Shown here piece by piece: positions 53,226-64,000 of a stretch of DNA of 64,000 nt (within the stretch, counting starts at the first letter, position 1; each line of letters starts with the position of its first letter). The position numbers were made by a program, and so were the translations under genes. The stretch is taken from NCBI RefSeq assembly GCF_023055435.1, contig NW_025963913.1:4836001-4900000 (forward strand), given 5' to 3'. This DNA comes from Haliotis rufescens (taxonomy: Eukaryota). Under the pieces are notes generated by a model. It did not search any database. It saw nothing but the letters and a program-made list of their open reading frames with translations, and was not told where the DNA came from.

Positions 53226-53878
53226 AAATCTTTCATGTAAAAGATGCGACGAGTCACAATATTTTTCTCACTTCCCCACTTTCTATCTCTTCTAATCTGA
53301 CAGGAGTGGTTCTGTATCAAATATTTCTTTCATTATTTCTTCAATTTTTTTTCTTCAGTGCCTCTTTGAGGCGTCGGTTGAACCGGCGTTTATTCTTTGA
53401 TTCACAGTAGTTTTAACACAAAGCAGGGGTCTCTGCGTACCAGCCAAGATAAAACAAACGAGAGTGATCTCCCCTAGTAATATCACCTGTGGACGTCAGC
53501 CAGGGACCAACGACTAAACAATCTTTATTTGTTGTCTGTTTTTTTCTGCTTTTGAATGAAAGACAAATATTTTTCCCGTGATGATAATCGCCGATTCAAT
53601 GATTTACTTTCTTATAAGTGCTGAATCGTTTTTTGCTGTGGCAAAAAATAATTGTGAACTTTGTTTAAAAGCCAGATGTTTAGAAGAATATTCCTCCTCT
53701 ACACACTACATTGCCAAACTCTAGTTATATTTCAACGAAAAGACGGATAAGGGGAAATTACGTTGTGAGTAAGGAAGATTCCATCAAGGGTTATAACAGA
53801 TATCTCTTTATTGTGATCAATCGTGTCATCCCGGTTAAAGGGAGGTTACGGAAAAGAGCGAGAGGCGCCGATTCGTTG

Positions 53879-54560
53879 ATGGATCCCCATGGAGACCGTT
53901 GCTACTTCCGTTATTCACAAACGACGCCATTTTGGTTGTTGCTCCTGCACTTTGTTTCCACGTCTGTGTTTGCATTTTGCTCTTTATCCCGCACTTATCG
54001 CACGTTCTTCACGATGTATGCCACTGTTGCTTTGGTTTATCATCAAGGTATCTAGCAGTGCTCTCAGTTTTACATTATATTTGCTTTTCATCTTGATTTC
54101 AAAGCTTTCAGATCGATACCTTTTGACGGATTGTAATTCCCAACTTGAATCCGCCCTAAACATTTGGTAACAAAGTGAAAGAGAATGACGCACAGACTCA
54201 TTAGCAGATGGGACATTTCATGTACTTCATCGGCCCCTCGTATATTGATGTACTTTAGGGATTTCTTTTGTTTTACAACTGATCAGATATTTGTATTTTC
54301 CGAAGTGAATCTGTAGGGTTGTGAATGCATATTTCCCACTTATATTTTTATACATAGTCTGACGCTTTCGACCTCCCACCCTACACCAGATTTTGGTGAA
54401 TGGGACCCCCAATTACGTAGAGAGGCTGTGAGAATATTTCGTTACTATATACGATATCCTGTCTGAATCAAAACAGTGTGCCTGCTGAACGCTGGGAGGT
54501 CAAAAGCATGAGACTGTATATTTGTACTAGTATTTGTTTTTATTCCTCTATGGGAAAGAA

Positions 54561-54618
<58 letters not shown>

Positions 54619-56104
54619 TGACATGAAAGACATAAAAGTACAGTAAATGGACATTTTTGGACATGAAAGAATACAGTAAATGGACATTTTTGGACATGAA
54701 AGACACAGTAAATGGACATTTTGGGACATGAAATACATATAGGGTAAACGGAAATTTTGGGACCTGAACGACATAATACAGTAAATAGACATTTATGGAC
54801 ATGTCATATCCAGTATGTGTCTTTCAAGTCCCCAAACGTCTAAAGACGTGATAAATGATCAAATTGACAGTAAATGCAGAGCCATGTTTCTAGGCACTTT
54901 GCCTCCCATGAGCTCACCTGGGTATAGGATCTACTCAATATGACAGGAGTTTCTGAGAATTGTACCATCCTTAATAAAGTATTCATAGGAGTTGTCTAGG
55001 TTTTCATACACCATCTTCTAACTAAGTGTAGTGTCAAGGGGTGGAAACATAGTCTTTGTACCTTTGGACATGAAAGACATATACAGTAAATGGATATTTT
55101 GTGACATGAAAGACGTATACTGTAAATGGGCACTTTGGGACATGAAAGGTATATAAGGTAAATAGACATTTGGGGATATGAAAGACAAATATACAGTAAA
55201 TAGACATTTTGGGACATGCAATATGCAGGATAGGTCTTTTAAGTCCCCAAACGTCTAAAGACCATTTTACCACAAAATTCCTGGCATATAAGCTTGGAAT
55301 GTTGTGATAACTTGATTAGGCTTCTCAAAAACACAAAGTTACTGGACTAGTTTATAGTCAAAACAATAAGGATCGATATGGTTTTGTATTTTATTTTTAT
55401 TTATACCATTATAGCTCAGGACGACCTCTACAGGTTTCGGAACTACCAGGCCCCCGTCTCCCAAAAGACTCTTCCTGTCCCTGATCCTGTAGGTCATCGT
55501 TAGGTTCAAGTTGTTTGAATTTGGCCTTTTAGTAAGAAAAAAACAACAACCCGAGAAACAGTGCAACTGGCAATATTTGAAACTAGTCATCTGTGTTAAA
55601 ACAATATTAAGACAAATATCACATGATATTTAATTAAGCTTCTTATAATTAGTACTCATTGGTAACTCACAACACAAGGAAGGTGACTTGCATTATTCTG
55701 TCACTCATTACATAATCAAAGTTGTTATTCCTGTTCTGAATATATGACCTTTTCAAGAACAAGTGGTATTGCCACTTTTTGAGTGAGAATTAGAAACAAA
55801 TGGTACAAAATGGTCGACTTTCTCACGTTATTTATACACGATTATACTATCGATTAATACTGATTGCAATGATTTAGAAACTCGATTTCCTTTCTGTAAG
55901 CGCTCCAGTGTCTTCACGATCACCGTCAACCCCCTCTCGTCCCAGCCCGACACCCAGACCTCCCTCCCCGTCCCTGCCCCCAGAGCCCGCCCTCAAGTTG
56001 TAGAGATAGATCTTGGTGAAGAATCCAAGCAGCCCCAGTCGTGCTCGGCCGTCCTTGTGTCCTGTGTGAAATACATGTTCCAGAGTTTCTTCACGGAGAG
56101 ATAG
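53879..56104 (+). CDS. Uncharacterised 3-exon protein, copy 1 (148 aa; 103 aa if started at ATG 54014)
   Basis: Exons 53879-54047, 55415-55488, 55901-56104 with GT-AG sites and matching phases; frame and stop preserved in the paralogue. Confidence 0.7.
54564..54615. repeat. (CA)n microsatellite
   Basis: ~26 CA units. Confidence 0.95.
54620..55220. repeat. Two clusters of a ~33-bp minisatellite (54620-54803, 55065-55220)
   Basis: Unit approximately GGACATGAAAGACATATACAGTAAATGGACATTTT. Confidence 0.85.
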
Positions 56105-58012
56105 ACTTTGGACTTGTTTGCTGTGCCAGTGTTGTGGGAACTACTAGTTTTAGGACCTTTCGGGCGAACCATTTGGACTATTTTAGATTATTTTTGATAA
56201 CATACATTTTGTTTCATACATGCATTAAAATTTACTTAATAATCAGCTTAAAGTATACGTGATAAACGTTTCTGATTGAAGAACGTGTCTTGTATATTAT
56301 ATATTTTCTGCATTCCTTGTTGTGAAGATTGATGACACACGAAATCGAGAGATGTCTTAGCAGGTTATCCATGCCAAACAGTCGCTTCAACCAAGCTATC
56401 GTTATTTTACGAGTTGGTCAAAATGGAGATTTTGAATGCTTGATTTCCCCATATTTTATAAGGATTCATTCACTGTGTCAGCGCAGAAAAATCAAAACAA
56501 ACAAAACTTCGAGGGAGGTCGAGCTCCCGCCCAAAGACTCCACGCCAAGCAGTCGCTGCAGCCAAGCAGTCGTTATTTAAGAGATAATTATAATGAGGAT
56601 CGGATGTTACACTGTCGGAACTCCTAATTAAAATAACTCATGCTTTCCCATGCTGCAATTATCTCTTACATACCTCATGTATAAAGGAAGCTCCAGGTAG
56701 AAATGAGACCGTTGAACTCCCATGCATCATGTCGTTCGGTAAGCAATACTTATGCTGTTAGAATCTGAACAGCTATTATTGGTGGAAGACATCAGTTAAA
56801 AAATTCGATGCAGGATAAAAGCTTAATTAATTTAGTTTTGTAAACTCACCCCACCCCATAACTTACTTACTGGTGAAGATATATCAAAATATGACGATTA
56901 GATAAACTATTTATTGTAAATTCGTGTTAAATTTTGATTAATGTTTGATCGAAAACATACTTTTCTTTATCACCATTGAGTTTTCATCACGCGGTTACAA
57001 TCTGGCAAACCTTGCGTCTTTCTTTTCGACTTGCTCAAGTCGTATCTTGACTCCGTGAAGTAGTTGCTGCAGGGATGACCGCCGTTTCCGCACCTGAAAG
57101 TAGAAAGATTAACGAGAGCAGACCAAGTACATTAAATTTCATTGTTTTAGCAGTTCAGATACATCAATCGTGGGAGGGATACGGACAAGTACCGGATTCT
57201 AGAGCCACGACGTGACAGACAATGCCGAGCGAGGGATGTTTCCAGTACAGTTGACAGCTAGTACCGTGTCCCGCGATCTCGAGACTTTGTACAAATTTTT
57301 CAGTTCAGTGATTAATTAATAAACTCGTTATTGAACTTAAACCTCCTTGTTGTGTGATCCTTCTGAATTTCGCCAGTTTCGACGTTCGCTACTTGTAGAT
57401 CTTTGTGATATATTTTCGCGAAACCTCGTCTCCAAGCTCTGGTATTTATTTTGTCACACTTTTTGACTGGTGGCAACATCCATTTTCGTAGTTTACCCAC
57501 TAGAAAATATGGACCAGTCTAAAAGCTAAACACGCGATATTCCGAACGACGGTCTATCGTCCAGCTGTTGATTCAATGCACGGAGACAATACAAAGAGGT
57601 CTCTATATAGACTGTCTGCTTCAATGAGGAACATTTGAGGGGAACAGCCTTTGCACTGCCCGTGGGAAGTACTACCATACAAATCTATTAGACATTCAAA
57701 TATGTTCAGTTTTTTTAAGTTTGAATCGAGAACTTTGTCAAAATATATTTGAAAGAGTTGTCACTAGTTATGCCGTAAAGCTCGAAAAAGCTGCTTTCTG
57801 AATGGCTAATGTCGACTACTTGTTAGTCATTTCATTGGTCGGTCAAAGTTCGCGAAAGGTCGTTCTATGTCCAGTATCACAGATACCCATGTAAATATAC
57901 CTACAAGTAGCAATGTGGGTTTCAGGCTATCATAGATGTTGCGAACTTGAAAAAGTACATAAGCTTTCATTTGGATTGTCATTCCGAGTTGTAGGATATC
58001 AACTTATTATGA

Positions 58013-58141
58013 AATACTAAGCTTGATAATGGTGTTAGAACCTACACCGAAACGTCGCTCCTAATCGTAATAAGGAAGTTGTTCATCCATATTATATCTT
58101 GTCCTTACTTGGTACTCATACTTCTAAATGCCTCTCAAAGA
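58013..58141 (+). mobile_element. ~129-bp Penelope-like mini-insertion carrying an intact-looking minimal hammerhead
   Basis: Perfect 12-bp TSD AACTTATTATGA (58001-58012, 58142-58153); tail ACTTCTAAATGCCTCTCAAAG shared with the 31750 and 41950 copies. Confidence 0.8.
58020..58059 (+). ncRNA. Minimal type I hammerhead ribozyme motif (U3-A8 variant)
   Basis: AGC-TTGATAA-T-GGTGT-TAGAACCT-ACACC-GAAACGTC-GCT: helix I AGC/GCT, helix II GGTGT/ACACC, palindromic ACGT in place of helix III, predicted GUC cleavage after 58056. Confidence 0.7.
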
Positions 58142-60199
58142 AACTTATTATGACATAAAGTTGGCTTGCACAATCGTTTATAAACAGTGAAAGTAGTCCC
58201 TACTTGCATCTCTATCCGCATATGACCCGAGCGGACATAGTTTCCTGCCGAGAAACCCACCCATTATATGATAAATCCTATTATATTCATCAAGTCTTGT
58301 CCAAAACAAAATGAACCACTTACTCAACGTGAAAAAATGTGTACTGTACGAAGGGTCCATGGCTAAATGCCACAGGTTCTGGAAATCAGTCATTATTGTA
58401 TCACAAATTAATATTATTTCTTGCATGATTGCACGTAAAATTGGTTAGCAGAGATTTTGTAATGTAATCGCACAAGGCCTTAGGCACCGATCTTCTTTAT
58501 CGAAGAAAAGAAACTGACTCAGAAAATGCGTGAAAGTGTATGAATCAGACTTGTAAAAAAAGAAATTGTCTGCCACAAAAAACTCGATTTTTTACAGACC
58601 GCCGTCATATAGCTGGAATATTGCTGAGTGCGGCGTTACACAAACAAAGTCGGGGATTAACCACGTGATCAAAACTCAATGGTGATGTTTATCGCCAACA
58701 AAATGGATATTTCTTGAAAAGCGCATTTTGCAATTTTTGTAATATAAGTAATATTCCTTATCGCTGGAATGGCTTCTTATAAATCTTTTCACTTTATAAG
58801 CATTATTACACTCCATTCAGCCAACTCTCCAGCCTTGCGAAAATAGGCTGGCATTTCTGGGCTCGATCGTAGAGCCACCAGTGGCTATTACGACTTATGT
58901 CCCTTCGATTGACCAGTGAGAGTCCACATCTCATATCACTTGAATTTGCTTCGAACAAAATAGCGGCGCCCAGTCAAGACGATTGTTGTGAACATAACCC
59001 CACTTCTTGGAAAAACATTACTGAATTAGGTTTGTGGTAATATTATCTATATTATATTTTTATATTATTTATATGTCATATCGTTTTAAATAAACTGAAG
59101 CCTTATAATATGGAAATCACTTTTATGTGTATACAGTATGTACGTATTTCTTCTATGTAAAAGATACGACGTGCGACTTCTTAATATTTCTTTTACTCTA
59201 TATCTCTCCTAATAAATATGACATGCGTTGTTTTGTATCAAATATTTCTTTCAATATTGCGTCAATGTTGAGTCACTTCATGGGCGTATATTCTTTAAAC
59301 AAGGCAACTCGTCAAACTTAGTATAACACAAGTAATGTGATGAAAATGTATTTTGCCATTCAGATTTTGTTCTACGTTTCCAAGGCAACAATTTAAGTCG
59401 ATTTCATTCGGAAATGAAGTTTGGATTCTTTTCCGGAGCAGTAGTCATAATCTGTTTAATATTTATATAAAACTTCACATACACATTAGGCAAGTGCTTA
59501 ACAGTGTAGATACATGATCTACCAGGACAAGGAATACGTGCATTATATGGCATAATATGAAACATACACACATAAAGTACAGGATGTTCCGTAACTGCGA
59601 CGTGGTTTATGCAATCGATAATTTGGGAAGAAATGTTATGGGAATCAACCTACTTAGATTGCAAACCGACCTTATATATCTTGAGTATTTTTATTTTATT
59701 TTTTCACAATAAACTTCCATCGTTTTTTTGTTTTGTTTTTGTATTATTCATAATGGAATATTCATTCATGGACTAAATGATTTTCAAACAGCATGACATC
59801 CAGTTATACACCATCGGCAAAGTTCTCACTCCATTAGTCGCTATATATATTCCAAACGTTGTACTCGTCAAGCTCCTCACAGCGACATCGAATCTGTCAC
59901 GCGCTGGGAAGGAGCTTGTGTAAGTCAAAGGTAAACCACTCTCCACTCTCTATATGAATTATTGCCCTTGACAGGAAAAGGTCACGGTCATTGTGTTGGA
60001 ATGCAAAAACACGGCGCGTGTTACAACAGAAATACACAAAAAAGGTATTTTGTTCCAGGTACATTTTGCATGGAATGATTGTTAACCCATCATCTGTTGT
60101 CAACTCACTGTCAGGCATTAGTCATAATTGGGTTTGGACATGCAAGGTGGACACCACTCGGTTAGTGGCCAGAAATATATACAGTAGAACCAACAATAT

Positions 60200-60540
60200 C
60201 GGGGTCAAACGATACAGCAAGGTCACGATACGATACGTATCACGATACACATATTTGGGTCAAAGTCGCGTGGAAAACTCGATATTTCAGAGCAGGCTCT
60301 AAAGGTAAAAGTTGCAGCAGACACATGTTCGAAGCCGCAATGTTTGTGAGTTAACTTTAAACGCTTACTTCAACACATCTGCGATATGTAACTGCACAAA
60401 ACAGTGGGAGTCATTAAACGAGTAGTAAGTTTAGCAAGACTTTTGTGTATCGTCGTGTATCGATATAAACTGGTTCCAGTGTTGGTACGCGACGCAAGTG
60501 TAGCGCGATATACTAGTTTTAGTAGACAGGACCCCAGTCT
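60200..60540. mobile_element. MITE-like element with CGATAC/GTATCG subterminal repeats
   Basis: GGGGTC...GACCCC ends; clustered CGATAC on the left and GTATCG on the right. Confidence 0.45.
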
Positions 60541-60705
60541 AGTATCGACACAGAAAATAACTTTTCGTGTATCGTATCGTCGCATGAGAACTCACTGTGC
60601 ACCATATATTTAAGGTATTCCAAGTTGTGATCAAAAGGATATCATTTGTGGCAATTATTCCGGGACATGCAAGCTACGGAAAGCAACGAGACGCGGCGAT
60701 CGCTG

Positions 60706-62873
60706 ATGGATCTCCATGGAGACCGTTGCTACTTCCGTTATTCACAAACGACGCCATTTTGGTTGTTGCTGCTGCACTTTGTTTCCACGTCTGTGTTTGC
60801 ATTTTGCTCATTATCCCGCACGTATCGCACGTTCTTCACGATGTATGCCACTGTTGCTTTGGTTTATCATCAAGGTATCTAGTAGTGGTCTCAGTGTTAA
60901 CTTAATTTTGTTTTTTTATCTTGATTTCAAAGCTTAGAGAGTGATACCTTTTGACGGATTGCATTCCCAACTTGAATCCTGTCCTAAACATTTGGTAACA
61001 ATAAAAGTGAAAGAGAATGACAGACATACTCATTTACAGATGGGACATTTCATGTACTTCGACGGTCCCTGGTATATGTCTATGTACTTTGTATTTTACA
61101 ATTGATCTTTTGTGAAGTGAATGTGTATGGATGTTATTTATATGAATATCAATTCAATTCCTATGGTAAAATCATATTAATCATTGTCAAGTATCATGAT
61201 ATATGATCAAAGTAACAATAGATCTGTGTTTCCCCTTTTCTTCCCGTGGTAATGGGATGCAGTCAGTAAGACATGATTTGTGTAGGTTTTCATATGTGGT
61301 GTCAAGCGGAGGGACTTGAAAAGTATAGGTCTCTCTTGTCCCAAAATGTCCAGTGACCATTTTACCTCAACCTAACTTCCTGGCACAGAACCCTGCAACG
61401 TTTGAATAATTTGCTGAGGCTCCTAAACACACACAGGAATTATGTTTCTATAAAAACAACCCATCTATGTTATAGTCTATACAATGAGGATGGATGTTGT
61501 TTTTTATTTTATTTATTCCATTATAGCTCAGGACGATCTCCACAGGTTTAGGACCTACCAGGCCCCCGTCTCCCAAACGACTCTTCCTGTCCCTGATCCT
61601 GTAGGTCATCATTGGGTTCAAGTTGTTTGAATGTGTCCTATTAGTATCAGAAAAAAACAAATTCGAGAACCTTTGCAACTTACATTAGTTCGAAACATGT
61701 CATCTGTGTTAAACATTATCAGGACAACTATACATATTATATAGTCACGAAGCTTTTAATAATCAGAACTCATTTCTAACATACAACATAAGAAAGTTGA
61801 CTTGCATTTTTCTACCACTCCCTTATTCTGTAATACATATGATAAAACTACTTCCGTTTCCCTATACAAGACCTTTTCACAAACAACTTGTATCACCACT
61901 ATTTGCTAGTGATTGAAAAACACATGCTCATGACCAGGGCTCGATTTAACTAAAATAAAAGCACAAGTGCCCTCTGATATGGAAAAATGTAGCCTATTAT
62001 TTATCTATACTTGCACCCAGTGCATGTACAAATTTTACAAATTTGTTACTGACTTACTAAAAAAGCTTTCTACACTTACATCTTTGAACTCAATACACTT
62101 TTTGTACCATACTACATCACATTCCCAATGTTTTGAGTAATTTGACATTGTCCTTTTGGCTTTTCGTCATGAACCTTATCAGGTCAGCCTTATGATAAGA
62201 ACAAGAATGCAAACAAATATGTGGGATGTATAAGTGATTCCATTCAAAGTGATCTTGTCAATGAACTGAAAATGTCAAAATATTAATGACACTGATTTCA
62301 TTCTGGTATTTGAGATGATATTTTCTTTATTATGTAATAGTTTCCAATATGAGTGCAATCGGTTTAGTCTAGTGAAAAATGGTTGGGATGTCAACTTGCA
62401 CCAGGTGCAAGCTATATCTAATTCCTAAATCGTGCCCTGACTCTCATGATACTGTCGGAATCGTACAAATACAGATTTTCTGTGATTACATTTGTGTTGC
62501 ATTTCTCTATGTTAGTCGGTAGGCGGTATACCCTCACTTGCTATTTGTTTAAATATCCAGATAAAGTAGGTACAAAATGGTCGACCTTTTCATGTTTTTT
62601 TCATACACGCTTAACTGTGGATTGATACTGATTTCAATGATTTAAGAACATCTATTTCCTCTCTGTAAGCGCCCCAGTGTCTTCACGATCACCGTCAACC
62701 CCCTCTCATCCCAGCCCGAACCCCAGACCTCCCTCCCCGTCCCTGCCCTCAGAGCCCGCCCTCAAGTTGTGGAGATAGATCTTGGTGAAGAATCCAAGCA
62801 GCCCCAGTCATGCTCGGCCGTCCTTGTGTCCTGTGTGAAATACATTTTCCAGAGTTTCTTCACGGAGGGATAG
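60706..62873 (+). CDS. Uncharacterised 3-exon protein, copy 2 (148 aa)
   Basis: Exons 60706-60874, 61527-61600, 62670-62873; exon lengths (169/74/204) and splice sites identical to copy 1. Confidence 0.7.
61935..62439. mobile_element. hAT-like MITE (family 3) in intron 2 of copy 2
   Basis: TIRs CAGGGCTCGATTTA / TAAATCGTGCCCTG; absent from copy 1; ends match 15639-15811. Confidence 0.8.
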
Positions 62874-64000
62874 ACTTTGGAGTTGTTTGCTGTGCTAATG
62901 TTGTGTGAACTACTAGTTTTAGGAACTTTTGGACTAACCATTTGGACTATTTGGGACTATTTTTGATAACATACATTTTGTTTCATACATGAATTAAAAT
63001 TTATATAATATTCTGCTTAAAATGTATGTGATAAACGCTGTTGCTTGAAGAACGTGTCGTGTACATTCATGTTTTCTGCATTCCTTGTTATGAAAACTGA
63101 AATCAAGAGATGGCTTCGCATGCGGTCCATGCCAAATTGTCGCTTCAACTAACCTATTGCTATTTTAAGAGTTGATCAAAATGGGGATCGGGTAGATGAA
63201 ATGGTGCTTCATTTTTTAAGGATTTGTTTACTATGTCAGTGCAGAAAAATGAAAACAAACAAAACCTCGAAGAAGGTCGAGCTCCAGCACAAAGAAGCAG
63301 CAGTCACTGCGGCCAAGCAGTCGTTATTTAAGAGATAATTACAATGAGGATCGGATGGTTACATTGTCGGTACTCCTAATTACTATTATTCATGCTTTCC
63401 AATGCTGCAATTATCTCTTACAGAGCCCGAGGTTGAAATGTGAACGTTGAACTCCCACGTATCAGGCCTGTTGGTAAACAAAAATCTTGCTGTCAGAATC
63501 TGAACAGCTATTATTGATGGAAGACATCAGTTCAAAAATGGATAAAAGCTTAATTAATTTAGTTTTGTTACCTCACCAAAATATTCCAAGATTGTAATGA
63601 TTCAAGTATACAAGTTACAGTTATCACAAGTCGCATGTGATTTATTGTCCCTATAACATAATACAGTTTACAGATTTTTCTATCCGGGGGGTCAAAGGTC
63701 ATTCCGACGTCACAGTCAAGGGCTTTTACCTACCAATGTCTACAGGGATCGTTCTAGAATCGATCCCATATGATGATTTAATCCCATGCTTTAATTACTT
63801 AGATCGCATTTCGACAGCTCTAGGAGATGTGGCGTCCTCAAGTTTCAAAGTTTATTGTACAATTTCATTATTTTAACAGTTCAGATATATCACTCGTGGG
63901 AAGGATACGGACAAGTACCGGATTCCAGAGCCACGTTGTGACAGACAATGCCGAGCGACTGATGTTTCCAGTACCGTTGACAGCTAGTATCGTGTCCGCG

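Larger units (their letters stand above)
53810..57280 (+). repeat. Tandem segmental duplication, copy 1
   Basis: Collinear with ~60620-64000 in exon, intron and downstream blocks; offset ~6.1-6.8 kb depending on indels. Confidence 0.93.
60620..64000 (+). repeat. Tandem segmental duplication, copy 2 (runs off the window end)
   Basis: Collinear with 53810-57280. Confidence 0.93.

Noticed and set aside
53984-55590. Minus-strand reading of the duplicated exons (ORFs 55339-55590, 53984-54193, 61448-61678)
   Set aside because: The polypyrimidine tracts, the three-exon phase match and the synonymous pattern in exon 1 favour the + strand model.

Overview
AT-rich animal (bilaterian) genomic DNA with spliceosomal GT-AG introns; gene content (a USP gene) and repeat landscape suggest a lophotrochozoan, probably a mollusc (inference). 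Four complete genes were reconstructed by hand from splice sites: RUVBL1 (+, 10 coding exons, 456 aa), SEC61A (-, 12 coding exons, 476 aa, tail-to-tail with RUVBL1 as in human), a potentially N-myristoylated tandem-C2 protein (+, 401 aa, divergent from SEC61A) and a universal stress protein (-, 148 aa). The right end holds a ~6.8 kb tandem duplication containing an unrecognised 3-exon gene in two intact copies, which the ORF track does not show as a unit. Intergenic and intronic DNA is rich in mobile DNA: a decayed Tc1, three tRNA-headed SINE families, one headless SINE-like family with a structured 5' end, MITEs, a LINE 3' end, a probable LTR, and 50/37/32-bp tandem arrays. The most notable non-coding signal is five minimal hammerhead-ribozyme motifs with covarying helices, in Penelope-like element ends; two of them are self-contained, TSD-flanked insertions of only ~130-160 bp. 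All coordinates and comparisons were made by eye; no searches were run.
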